A stretch of 64,000 bases of DNA from Candidatus Xenobium occultum (lineage in GTDB: Bacteria; Vulcanimicrobiota; Xenobia; Xenobiales; Xenobiaceae): assembly GCA_002423485.1 (NCBI GenBank), contig DIWH01000017.1:61131-125130 (forward strand). The letters are read 5' to 3'. The notes under the pieces were generated by a model that ran no database searches, was not told where the DNA came from, and saw nothing but the letters and a program-made list of their open reading frames with translations. How positions within the stretch are numbered: position 1 is the stretch's first letter; the number at the start of each line of letters is the position of its first letter. The position numbers and the translations under genes were made by a program. Shown here one piece after another: positions 49,978 through 59,216 of this stretch.

Positions 49978-52359
49978 CTATTCCCGCACTTTGAAGACCG
50001 CAAGCCACGGCATCCGGGCCACCAGGCGCCAGACCACGACCTGGGCCAGGGCCACGAAGAGGACCATCACCGCGGCCGACTGAAACAGGGCCTCGGGGGG
50101 TATGACCGCCGGGAGTCGGAATAGTTCCCGGCTGTAGGCCTGGACGACCAGATGGACCAGGCCGACCCCCGCCCACAGGCCCAGACCGATGCCGACAGCA
50201 CTCAGCAGGGCGATCTCGGTGGCGAAGACCAGGGCCACCCTTTCCGGGGTGTAGCCCAGGACGCGCAGGGTCCCGACCTCGCGCTGGCGCTCCTCCAGGC
50301 TGACCATGGCCGTGTTGAGCACGCTGCCGAAGGCCAGGAGGCCCGAGAAGAGGATCAGGATGAACAGGGAAGTGCCGAAGTTCTGGTCCATGAGCTGCTG
50401 GATTTTCTCCAGGGCGCGGACCCGCTGCTCGACTCCCACCACGCCGGGCCTCCGGGCCAGCTCTTCCAGCAGCGCCCGGTCGGGCCGCGGGTTCGCCAGG
50501 TCCAGCAGAATCGCGTTGGCCGCCCAGTCCTCGCCGATCAGTCGGCTGAGATACTCCAGCCGGCACCAGGCGCCCAGGCCCATGTAGGTGTCGACGACGG
50601 CCACCACCGGCGCTTCGCGAATCTGGCGTGTCCCGATGAGGGGCCGCAAGCGGAGGGTGTCGCCGGGCACCACGCCCAGGATCTCCGCGAGTTTCCGGGC
50701 CAGGACCAGCCCCTCTTCGGGGACCCGCAGGGGCTGGCCCTGCTCGTCCAGTGGAGTGAAGAGGCGGTTGCCCTCCACCAGACCGGTCAGGCCGGTCCGT
50801 TTCTCGCGGGCGCCCCGGGAGAGGTCTGCCGAGACCACCAGTTGCGGCTCGACCTCCGTGATCCCGGGAAGGGCCCCCAATTCGGAGAGGATGTCCCGGC
50901 CGACCGGCTCGCGCAGCGCGACGGTCAGGTCCTGGTGACTGGTGTGTCGGAATTCGTGGTCGATCATGGCGTGCATGGCGGCCATCATGCACAGCGACTC
51001 CACCAGCAGGGCCGTGGCGGCCAGGCTGGTCAGGATGGCCACCATGCTGCGGAAGGGGTTTCGGAAGATCGAGCGCAGCACCAGCTTGCCCCAGAAGGGC
51101 AGGAACTCCCACAACACCCGGACCCGCTCCAGGAAAATGCGTCCGCCCTTCTCGGGGGCGGGGGGACGCATGGCCTCGGCGGGGTTCATCCGGCTGGCCC
51201 GCAGGGCGGCCTGGACCGTGCCAGCCATGGCGAAGAGGACTCCTACCCCCAAGGCTCCCGCCAGCAGGCCCGGGTAGAGCGCCGGCTGGAAGGGCGGCAA
51301 CTCGAAGTAGTCCTGGTAAAGCCGGACCATGGCCGACTGGATCCACAGTCCCAGGGCCAGGCCGGCCAGGGCCGAGCCCAGGCCCACCACCAGCCCGTAG
51401 CCCAGGTAGTGCCGGACGATGAAGGTTCGGGTATAGCCCAGGGCACGCAGGGTGCCGATGGTGGTGCGCTGCTGGGTGACCATCCGGCCCGTCACGATGT
51501 GCAGGACCAGGCCGACGACGCCCAGGCACAGAGCCGGCAGGAGCGTGGCGCTGGTCTGGAGTTCGTGAAGCTCATTGGCCAGGAACTGCACGGACGGCAT
51601 CTCTTCCCCGGTCAGGCTCAGGGCCACGCCATACGGGTCCAGTTGGCGCTCCAGGTCCTTCAGGGTGTTGCGCAGGGGCACCGGCCTGAGATCCCAGGCC
51701 AGCCCCAGGAACTCGTTGAAGGCGCCGTTCAGGCCGGCCCAGTCCTGGAGGGTGTCCAGGGGAAGGTACAGGACGCCTGTGCGGGCCGGATCCGGGACCA
51801 TCCCGCCGGCAGGGGGCAGCACGTAGACGAACTCCGGGGCCAGGGCCGTCCCGACCACCAGCAATCGCTGTTGACGGCCCATGATCAGGGCCTCCAGGTG
51901 GTCTCCGGGGCGAAGATCGTGGGCCCGGGCGAAGGCGTCGTTGAGGATGGTCTGGTCGTCGCGGGTGCCCTCGAACCACGTGCCCGACACCAGCAGGATG
52001 TCGTTGAGGACCGGGCGGCGGATCCGTGGCAGCGAAAGGGCCGTCGAGGTGATCGGCTCGGGTGAGTCGGGAAGGTCCACCCGGGCCTCGATCCGGACCC
52101 GTCCCTCCAGGTGGCGGACCCCGGGGTGCCGGCGCACCTGCTCCAGGGCCGACCGGGGGGCCCGCTTCAACGACAGGCTGAAGTCGGCCAGCCTCTGCTC
52201 GCGATAGAATCGGGCGCGCGAGGCGTCCAGGTCGTAGTAGACCGCCAGCATTCCCACCAGCAGGCCCGATCCCACCGCCCCCAGGGCCCCCAGCAGCAGG
52301 ATGGCGCCCAGGCGCTGGCGGATCTCCCGCAGCAGGCTGCGCAGGACGGTGGGGACCAT
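49978..52359 (-). CDS. FtsX-like ABC transporter permease, duplicated (two 4-TM modules with periplasmic domains)
   Basis: Inner ATG of ORF 49978..52581. MVPTVLRSLLREIRQRLGAILLLGALG. Two FtsX-type modules (..LRALGYTRTFIV.., ..LRVLGYTPERVA..). Confidence 0.85.
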   Translation of the reverse strand: MVPTVLRSLLREIRQRLGAILLLGALGAVGSGLLVGMLAVYYDLDASRARFYREQRLADFSLSLKRAPRSALEQVRRHPGVRHLEGRVRIEARVDLPDSPEPITSTALSLPRIRRPVLNDILLVSGTWFEGTRDDQTILNDAFARAHDLRPGDHLEALIMGRQQRLLVVGTALAPEFVYVLPPAGGMVPDPARTGVLYLPLDTLQDWAGLNGAFNEFLGLAWDLRPVPLRNTLKDLERQLDPYGVALSLTGEEMPSVQFLANELHELQTSATLLPALCLGVVGLVLHIVTGRMVTQQRTTIGTLRALGYTRTFIVRHYLGYGLVVGLGSALAGLALGLWIQSAMVRLYQDYFELPPFQPALYPGLLAGALGVGVLFAMAGTVQAALRASRMNPAEAMRPPAPEKGGRIFLERVRVLWEFLPFWGKLVLRSIFRNPFRSMVAILTSLAATALLVESLCMMAAMHAMIDHEFRHTSHQDLTVALREPVGRDILSELGALPGITEVEPQLVVSADLSRGAREKRTGLTGLVEGNRLFTPLDEQGQPLRVPEEGLVLARKLAEILGVVPGDTLRLRPLIGTRQIREAPVVAVVDTYMGLGAWCRLEYLSRLIGEDWAANAILLDLANPRPDRALLEELARRPGVVGVEQRVRALEKIQQLMDQNFGTSLFILILFSGLLAFGSVLNTAMVSLEERQREVGTLRVLGYTPERVALVFATEIALLSAVGIGLGLWAGVGLVHLVVQAYSRELFRLPAVIPPEALFQSAAVMVLFVALAQVVVWRLVARMPWLAVFKVRE

Positions 52360-52361
52360 CC

Positions 52362-53078
52362 TCACCAGGGCAGGCTCCGGGCCGACTCGCGGTGTTGCTG
52401 GATGTCCAACCGGACGATCCGACCGTCCCGGATCTCGGCGGTCCGGTTCGCCATCCTCGAGACCAGGGCGTTGTGGGTGATCACCACCACGGTCTTGCCC
52501 CTGTCCTGGTTCAGCCGCTCCAGCAGCTCCATCACCTGGGCTCCGGTGGCGGTATCCAGGTTGCCCGTCGGCTCGTCGCACAGAAGCAGGCGCGGATTGG
52601 CGGACAGGGCCCGAGCGATGGCGACCCGCTGCTGTTGGCCGCCCGAGAGCTGGGAGGGGAAGTGACTGGCCCGGTCCTCCAGCCCGACGATCCGCAGGGC
52701 CTCCCGGGCCGGCAGGGGGTCCCGAGCGATGTCGGTGGCCACCTGCACGTTCTCCAGGGCCGTCAGGCTGGGCACCAGGTTGAAGAACTGGAAGACGAAT
52801 CCGATCTGGTGGCGTCGGAAGAGCGTCAACTGCCGATCGGATGCCCGGGTCAGGTCCTGCTCGCCGAACAGGACCTGACCTGAACTGGGGCGGTCCATGC
52901 CGCCGATCATGTTCAGGAGCGTGCTCTTGCCCGACCCGCTGGGACCCAGGATGACGAGGAACTCGCTTTCGAAGATCTCCAGGTCGACCTCACGCAGGGC
53001 AGGGACCTCGACCTCACCCATCCGGTAGATCTTGCTGATCGACCGGACCGTGAGCAACGGCTGCGGCTGGGCTTCCAT
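52362..53078 (-). CDS. ABC transporter ATP-binding protein (MacB/LolD type)
   Basis: Inner ATG of ORF 52362..53111. [50 protein letters not shown]. Confidence 0.9.
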   Translation of the reverse strand: MEAQPQPLLTVRSISKIYRMGEVEVPALREVDLEIFESEFLVILGPSGSGKSTLLNMIGGMDRPSSGQVLFGEQDLTRASDRQLTLFRRHQIGFVFQFFNLVPSLTALENVQVATDIARDPLPAREALRIVGLEDRASHFPSQLSGGQQQRVAIARALSANPRLLLCDEPTGNLDTATGAQVMELLERLNQDRGKTVVVITHNALVSRMANRTAEIRDGRIVRLDIQQHRESARSLPW

Positions 53079-53636
53079 GTGTGTCTTCCTCTCCCCGCCC
53101 TCGATGGCCATCCACGCCCCACCTCCAGGACCAGCGTAAATTCGACGGAGCGACCTGTCTCACCTCATCTCTCAAGTCTCCGCCATGATTCGGCGGCATT
53201 TCCACAATTTCATGGAGGAAACTTGCCGTTACCAGGTTCGCAGACCAGAGCCCGTCCCCGGACGGGGCACCGTTTACAGCCCGGATCGTGGGTCGCCTGA
53301 TGACCGACGATCCGGGCTGTGGACCCGGTCCTCTGCTCACTCCCCCGTTTTCCAAGACTCCGCGGGTCAGTTCAGGTGGCCATCGTTATCGAGCAAGAAT
53401 GGCCAGATCCCGGCCAAAAGAATCGAGCGGCAATAGACGGGGGCGCAATACCTGGCGGCGTTCAACAATTCGCAACATCCCGGCCACTTCCCGGCAATCT
53501 CCCGTTCATCCGTCGGCAACCTCCCAGGCGCACCCTGGAGGTGAGGGGTGCCCGTGGGCGGGCGCCCGACGGCCGGTCCCGCCTGCCGACCACCAGGCCC
53601 CGTCGTCGGCGGCGCCTGAGCCCAGGCCGGCGGTGG

Positions 53637-53642
53637 TATACT
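53637..53642 (+). promoter_or_regulatory. possible -10 box (TATACT) 6 nt before the Uma2 ATG, which would imply a leaderless mRNA
   Basis: ggtggTATACTgcggatATG. No Shine-Dalgarno sequence between them. Confidence 0.3.
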
Positions 53643-53648
53643 GCGGAT

Positions 53649-54377
53649 ATGGAGAACGCTTCCATGGAAGCCCTGCGCCAGGAAGAACTGCCTCTCGAGC
53701 CGGACGTCTCGCACCTGGTCACCGAGGACGATACGCCCGTGGACAACATCCTCTCCGAGAAGCAGATGCGCCTGTTCCCCAGCATCCTGCACGCCTCGTG
53801 GAAGCCGGGACGCCCCTTCGTGGTCACCGCCGATGTGGGGCTCTTCGGCAGCGCGGATGAGCCGGCGGTGGTGCCGGACATCCTGCTCAGCCTGGACGTG
53901 AAGCTGCCCGAGGACTGCCGGCCCAAGGCCCGTCGCTCCTACTTCATCTGGGTCTACGGCAAGGCGCCGGACCTGGTGATCGAGGTGGTCTCCAACCGGG
54001 AGGGCTCCGAGGTCCAGAAGGCCGAGCGTTATGCCCGCCTGGGAGTGCGCTACTACGTGATCTTCGACCCCGATCGCTGGCTGGGCGACCGTGTGCTGCG
54101 GGGCTATGTGCTGCACGGCCGCGGCTACGTCGAGCTGCTGGACCTCTCGTGGCTGGACGAACTGGGCCTGGGTCTGGTGACCTGGCAGGGCCGTTTCGAG
54201 GACATGGAGGGCCTGTGGCTGCGCCCCTGCGGGCCCGACAAGGTGCTCCTGCCCCTACCCGTCGAGCTGGCCGAGGCTGCCCAGACCCGGGCTGACCAAC
54301 TGCAGCTTCGGGCCGAGGCTGCCGAGGCGGAGCTGGAACGCCTCCAAGCACGGCTGCGCGAGCTGGGGGTTGAGTAG
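53649..54377 (+). CDS. Uma2-family (DUF820) putative endonuclease
   Basis: Inner ATG of ORF 53319..54377. VTEDDTPVDN, PDILLSLDV, APDLVIEVVSN (PD-(D/E)xK-like), KAERYARLGVRYYVIFDP. C-terminal coiled coil. Confidence 0.8.
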   Translation: MENASMEALRQEELPLEPDVSHLVTEDDTPVDNILSEKQMRLFPSILHASWKPGRPFVVTADVGLFGSADEPAVVPDILLSLDVKLPEDCRPKARRSYFIWVYGKAPDLVIEVVSNREGSEVQKAERYARLGVRYYVIFDPDRWLGDRVLRGYVLHGRGYVELLDLSWLDELGLGLVTWQGRFEDMEGLWLRPCGPDKVLLPLPVELAEAAQTRADQLQLRAEAAEAELERLQARLRELGVE

Positions 54378-54401
54378 CGGTCTTCACGGCTCGCAACAGA
54401 A

Positions 54402-54438
54402 CGCGCCCCGGGAGCGGGAGTTCCCTCTCCGGGGCGCG
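54402..54438. terminator. hairpin between the convergent Uma2 gene and htpG
   Basis: cgcgccccgg-N17-ccggggcgcg. Confidence 0.55.
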
Positions 54439-54471
54439 GTCTGGGCTCGGGGACTGGGGCGCGGGCGGGGT

Positions 54472-56364
54472 TCAGCCCAGGGCGCGAGCCATCAGGTCCG
54501 CCAGGTGGTGCGAGAAGCGGGAGGGGTCGGAGAGCTCGCCCCCTTCGGCCAGCAGGGCCTGGGCGTGCAGCATCTCGGCCACCTGGCCCAGGAAGGCCTC
54601 GTCGCCCTTCTCGGAGTACAGCTCGTGCAGGCGCTGGACCACCGGGTGGGTGGGGTTGATCTCCAGGATCCGCTTGACCGGAGGAAGCTCCTGGCCCATG
54701 GCCTTCATCAGCTTCTCCAGGGTCGGGGAGGGCTCTCCGGCATCCGAGACCAGACAGGCCGGCGAGCTGGTCAGCCGGGACGAGAGTTGGACACTCTTGA
54801 CCTGTTCAGAGAGGCGCGTGGAAAGCCAGGCCAGCAGGCTGGCCAGCTCCTTGCGCTGTTCCTCCAGCCGGGACTCGGCTTCCTTCTTCTCCTCCTCGCT
54901 CCCCAGTTCCAACGAGCTGTGGGAGGCCGAGCGGAAGGGCTTGCCCTGGAAGTCTGCGACGTGCTCCACCCAGACGGCGTCCACGGCATCCTGCAGGAGC
55001 AGCACCTCGTAGCCCTTCTGGCGGAAGGCCTCCAGGTGGGGAGAGTTCTCCAGGATCGAGCGGCTCTCGCCTGTCAGGTAGTAGATGGCCTCCTGCTCGG
55101 GCTTCATCCTCGAGACGTAGTCGGCCAGGGTGGTCGGTTCGGAGGATTCGGTCGAGGGGAGCAGGCACAGCTCCAGCAGGGTGCCCTGCTGGTCGGGTTC
55201 GCGGAAGAGGCCCTCCTTGAGGACCCGTCCGAATTCGTTCCAGAAGGTGCGGTAGGCCTCGGGCCGGTTCTCCTTCATCTCTTTGAGGGTGGCGGTGACC
55301 TTGCGGGTCAGGCCCTTGCGGATGGCGCGGATCTGGCGGTCCTTCTGCAGGATCTCACGCGAGACGTTCAGCGAGAGGTCCTGGGCGTCCACCACCCCGC
55401 GCATGAAGCGGAGGTGCTCGGGCAGCAGCTCCTCGCAGCGGTCCATGATGAAGACCTTCTTGACGTAGAGCTGCACGCCCCGGCGGGCATCCGGGACGAA
55501 AAGGTCCAGAGGGGCCTTGGACGGGATGAAGAGCAGGGCCTGGAACTCGAAGGTGCCCTCGCCCTTCATCGGGATCGTCTCCAGGGGATCCGTCCAGTCA
55601 TGGGCGACGTGCCGGTAGAACTCGTGGTACTCCTCGGGCTTCACCTCATCGGTCGGACGGGCCCACAGGGCCTTCATGGAGTTCAGGGTTGCGTCCTCGG
55701 TCGAGTCGCCCTGGCGGACCTGCATCCGGATGGGGTAGGACAGGAAGTCGGAATAGCGCTTGACCAGGCCTCGCAGGACCCATTCCGAGGTGTAGTCGGC
55801 CAGGCCATCCTCCGAGTCCGCGGGTTTCAGGTGCAAGGTGAGGACGGTCCCCTGGGCCGGGCCCTCGACGTCCTGGAGGGTGTAGGTGCCCTCGCCGGTG
55901 GATTCCCAGCGGGTCCCCGAGTCCTGACCGGCCCGGCGGGTCTCCAGGACCACCCGGTCGGTGACCATGAAGACCGAGTAGAAGCCGACCCCGAACTGAC
56001 CGATCATCTCGGCCGAGGCACCCTGGTCACGGCTCTCGCGCAGCTTGCTCAGGAACTCGGCGGTTCCCGAGCGGGCGATGGTGCCGATCAGGTTGCGGAC
56101 CTCCTCGCGGGTCATCCCGAGGCCGTTGTCGATCACCTTCAGGGTGCGCTTCTCGGGATCCGCTTCCAGGCGGATGTGCAGATCGGAGAGGTCGGCGCCC
56201 AACTCGGGGTGGACCAGGCCTTCCAGACGCAGTTTGTCCAGGGCGTCGGACGAATTCGACAGGAGCTCCCGGAGGAAGATGTCCTTGTTGGAGTAGATCG
56301 AGTGGACGACCAGGTCCAGCAACTGGCGGGCTTCAGCTTGGAATTCGTGGGTTTCGACGGTCAT
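54472..56364 (-). CDS. htpG: molecular chaperone HtpG (Hsp90)
   Basis: Inner ATG of ORF 54472..56403, with GGAG upstream. FQAEARQLLDLVVHSIYSNKDIFLRELLSNSSDALDK, DNGLGMT, IGQFGVGFYS. Full middle and C-terminal domains present. Confidence 0.95.
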   Translation of the reverse strand: MTVETHEFQAEARQLLDLVVHSIYSNKDIFLRELLSNSSDALDKLRLEGLVHPELGADLSDLHIRLEADPEKRTLKVIDNGLGMTREEVRNLIGTIARSGTAEFLSKLRESRDQGASAEMIGQFGVGFYSVFMVTDRVVLETRRAGQDSGTRWESTGEGTYTLQDVEGPAQGTVLTLHLKPADSEDGLADYTSEWVLRGLVKRYSDFLSYPIRMQVRQGDSTEDATLNSMKALWARPTDEVKPEEYHEFYRHVAHDWTDPLETIPMKGEGTFEFQALLFIPSKAPLDLFVPDARRGVQLYVKKVFIMDRCEELLPEHLRFMRGVVDAQDLSLNVSREILQKDRQIRAIRKGLTRKVTATLKEMKENRPEAYRTFWNEFGRVLKEGLFREPDQQGTLLELCLLPSTESSEPTTLADYVSRMKPEQEAIYYLTGESRSILENSPHLEAFRQKGYEVLLLQDAVDAVWVEHVADFQGKPFRSASHSSLELGSEEEKKEAESRLEEQRKELASLLAWLSTRLSEQVKSVQLSSRLTSSPACLVSDAGEPSPTLEKLMKAMGQELPPVKRILEINPTHPVVQRLHELYSEKGDEAFLGQVAEMLHAQALLAEGGELSDPSRFSHHLADLMARALG

Positions 56365-56444
56365 GAGGGGCTCCGGATTCATGTTGTGGATTGAACATGC
56401 CAAGTATAGTGAGGGCCCGTTAGAGCAACGTCAGAACCCCTCAG

Positions 56445-56484
56445 AAAAAAGCAACCCCCCCGCCTCGGGGTCGAGGGGGGGGGC
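56445..56484 (-). terminator. rho-independent terminator of the zinc-ribbon gene
   Basis: On the minus strand, a G/C-run hairpin (ccccccccc..tcgaccccgaggc..ggggggg) is followed by ttgctttttt. Confidence 0.6.
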
Positions 56485-56517
56485 TTGGCGCTCAGGCCGA
56501 GGAAGGTTCCAGGGCCC

Positions 56518-56829
56518 CTAGCCGGCCATGCGGTTGCGCCGGTGGCAGTCCTGGCAGTAGACCGGGCGGTCGTTGCGGGGCTTGAAGGGCAGCTTGGCCG
56601 GACCGCCGCAGCCTGCACAGGTGGCCTGATAGAAGGTCTGGTCGTGGCGGCCATTGCGGCCCTGGACCTCTCCTCGATCACGCCGGGCCTTGCGCTTGTC
56701 GCGGCACTCGGGGCAGCGGCTGGGATCGTTTTCCTGGTTGCGCTCGATCTGGAGGGCCTGTTCCAGAACGGTGAAGGTCCACTCCTTCTTGCAGTCACGG
56801 CAGGGGGGCATGAGGCGGTCTTGAAGCAT
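56518..56829 (-). CDS. small zinc-ribbon protein with CxxC-x17-CxxC C-terminal domain
   Basis: Track ORF. CRDC..x25..CPEC, then CAGCGGPAKLPFKPRNDRPVYCQDC (exactly 17 residues between the Cys pairs, with the FKP..RPVYC..C signature). Confidence 0.75.
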   Translation of the reverse strand: MLQDRLMPPCRDCKKEWTFTVLEQALQIERNQENDPSRCPECRDKRKARRDRGEVQGRNGRHDQTFYQATCAGCGGPAKLPFKPRNDRPVYCQDCHRRNRMAG

Positions 56830-57019
56830 TCAGTCTGGCTCCTTGAGGAAGAATTTGGCGGGTCGCATGGGCACCGCGGTCCCAAGCGCCGGAGGCATGC
56901 CTGACTGGTTCCGGTCTGGGAACCCCAGGGAGCGGAAAGAACGATCAGCCGACTTCAGGGACGCCAGCAGTCTAGCATGGCTTGCTGAAGATCGCAAATG
57001 CCTCGGCGTTATTCTCGTC

Positions 57020-58285
57020 TTATTCAGTCACAAGCGGGGCGGGTTCGATGTTTGTCGGGTCGGGGGCCTCTGTCCAGGTGGCGGCCAAGGCCAGCAGGAC
57101 CTCGATGGTCCTGTCCATCTCTTCGACGGTGGTCCATTCGAAGGGAGAATGGAAGCTGTGCTGCCCGCTGGACAGGTTGGGAGTGGGCAGTCCCATCTCG
57201 GTCAGGCTGGAGCCGTCGGTGCCACCGCGGATGCAGGAGCGCCGGGGGGTCAGGCCGCAGTTCCGCATAGCTTGCACGGCGTAGGCGACGGCCCGGGGTT
57301 CATCGAGGAGCCCGTCGCGCATGTTGCGATACTGGCGGCGGACTTCCAGGTCGATTCGGGCTTTGGGGTGCTCGGCTCGCAGGGCTACGGCCACGCTCTC
57401 CAGCAGGGCGTACTGCTCGGTCAGGGCCTCGGTCTCGAAGTCGCGCAGCAGGACCTTGGCCCACGCTTCCGCCACCGAGCCTTCGACGTGATAGGGGTGC
57501 AGGAATCCTTCACGGCCGTTGGTCGTCTCGGGGGACAGGTTCCTCTGGGGCAAGCGGGACAGGAAGTCCGAGAGGATTCGGATGGCGTTGACCATGCGCC
57601 CCTTGCCGGCGCAGGGATGGGTGTTGATGCCCGTGACCTTGACCGTGACCATGTCCGCGGAGAAGGTCTCCGAGTCCACCGAGCCCAGACCCTCGCCGTC
57701 CAGGGTGTAGGCCACCTGCGCTCCGATGCGCTCCAGGCTCAGGTGGCGGGTTCCCGCCCCGATCTCTTCATCGCAGGTGAAGACCAGGCGGATGGTTCCG
57801 CGGGGCAGGGAGTCGTCCCGCAGCAGGCGTTCGGCCGCCTCGACCAGGGCGGTCACCCCGCACTTGTCGTCGGCGCCCAGCAAGGTGGTGCCGTCGGTGG
57901 TGATCAGGGTGTGTCCGACGACCTCCTTCAAGGCGGGGAACTCGGCCGGCCGCAGAACTTTGGTGGGGTCCCCGGGCAGGACCACGTCCCCCCCGTCATA
58001 GTTCGGGTGGACCTGAGGCTTCACGCCAGCACCCGAGGTCTCCGGAGAGGTGTCCACATGGGCCACCCAGGCCATGACCGGGACGTCCTTGCGGTTTCCC
58101 GGAACCGTGGCGGTCAGGATGCCGTGCTCGTCGAGCAGGACGTCCTGACAACCGATCCCTTTGAGTTCCTGGGCCAGCAAGCGGTTGAACTCGATCTGGC
58201 CCGGGCTGGACGGGTAGGTCGGGGAATCCTCGACAGCCTGGGTGTCGAGTTTGACATAGCGGCAGAAGCGTTCGAGAGTGGACAT
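57020..58285 (-). CDS. pepT: peptidase T (tripeptide aminopeptidase, M20B)
   Basis: Track ORF. LERFCRYVKLDTQ, MAWVAHVDTSPE, TTLLGADDKCGV, VFTCDEEIG, GGTDGS. Confidence 0.9.
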   Translation of the reverse strand: MSTLERFCRYVKLDTQAVEDSPTYPSSPGQIEFNRLLAQELKGIGCQDVLLDEHGILTATVPGNRKDVPVMAWVAHVDTSPETSGAGVKPQVHPNYDGGDVVLPGDPTKVLRPAEFPALKEVVGHTLITTDGTTLLGADDKCGVTALVEAAERLLRDDSLPRGTIRLVFTCDEEIGAGTRHLSLERIGAQVAYTLDGEGLGSVDSETFSADMVTVKVTGINTHPCAGKGRMVNAIRILSDFLSRLPQRNLSPETTNGREGFLHPYHVEGSVAEAWAKVLLRDFETEALTEQYALLESVAVALRAEHPKARIDLEVRRQYRNMRDGLLDEPRAVAYAVQAMRNCGLTPRRSCIRGGTDGSSLTEMGLPTPNLSSGQHSFHSPFEWTTVEEMDRTIEVLLALAATWTEAPDPTNIEPAPLVTE

Positions 58286-58327
58286 GGGCGGGCGTTTCGC
58301 GGGCAGGACCTCGAGCCCTTCCTCGGT

Positions 58328-59041
58328 TCAGCGCGAGTTCATGCAGCGCTCCAGATAGGAGCGGAGAGCCTTGTCCTGGTCGGGGGTGACGTCCTGGAAC
58401 TGCAGCTTCACCTGGTGGCGCGAGCCGGGCAGCTCCTGGCACTGGGTCACCTGGGCAGGCAGGTGCAGGGAGGGCATGCCGAACTCCAGGGCCAGGCGGA
58501 CCTGAAGGCAGATCCCCTCGTCCAGGGGGCGCTCCAGTCGGAGTTCCACACCTTCCAGGGTCAGGTTTGAGGCGTAGCGCTCTCCCATCCACGGACCCTC
58601 GGGCTTCTCACGAAGGGCCACGGGAAGCATCCGGTTGAAGCGGTAGCGCTTCAATCGGCCTTCCTTGGAGAATCGGTCCAGGATTTCTTCCACCGTGAGG
58701 CGGTGCTCTTCCGCCAGGGTGGTGAACTCCAGGCCGTGGTTCCAGGTCCCGCCCAGGAGATACTTGCGCCAGGCCACGCGGCAGCGGAAGTCCAGGACCT
58801 CGGCCTGGGTTCCGAAACCCTCCAGGGGCAGCTTCAGGCGGAATTCGGTTTCGGGTGGCAGATCCCGGTGGCAGTTGACGCCCACGCCGCCGCGCGAGAG
58901 GTCGACCACGTGCAGGTAGAGGATTTCGGGGTCTCCCGGTTGCAGATACAGCTCGCATTGGAGGGTCTTGTTGATGGGCCAGGGGGCGCGGAAGTGTTCG
59001 CGACGCTCATCTCCGGATTCGGAAGCGTTTGGCTGGTTCAC
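58328..59041 (-). CDS. tandem PilZ-domain protein (putative c-di-GMP receptor)
   Basis: GTG in frame with ORF 58328..59170 (start uncertain). ERREHFR...DLSRGGVGV (RxxxR / DxSxxG). A second PilZ-like half is less clear. Confidence 0.65.
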   Translation of the reverse strand: MNQPNASESGDERREHFRAPWPINKTLQCELYLQPGDPEILYLHVVDLSRGGVGVNCHRDLPPETEFRLKLPLEGFGTQAEVLDFRCRVAWRKYLLGGTWNHGLEFTTLAEEHRLTVEEILDRFSKEGRLKRYRFNRMLPVALREKPEGPWMGERYASNLTLEGVELRLERPLDEGICLQVRLALEFGMPSLHLPAQVTQCQELPGSRHQVKLQFQDVTPDQDKALRSYLERCMNSR

Positions 59042-59216
59042 TTTGGCTTGACCTCGGGCGGGATCCGGGCCTGAAGCCCGGAGGGTGGGTTTCCTGTTCA
59101 ATTCCCCACCCGAGCCGGGAAGCCCTGGCCCGAGACCTGCCGCCCTCGGACGCCGGGCGGGAGCTCGCACCTCGAGCGCGAACCGAGCCTCTCATCCAAA
59201 CCAGTGAGGAACCGCC

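Noticed and set aside
53112-53648. RNase P RNA, tmRNA, SRP or 6S RNA in the long non-coding region
   Set aside because: The signature strings I know are absent: GAGGAAAGUCCGGGC and ACAGAA..CGGCUUA for RNase P, and the tRNA-like GGGG..UUCGAC 5' end with the ..UCCACCA 3' end for tmRNA. Only loose fragments occur (ggaggaaactt, attcgacgg).
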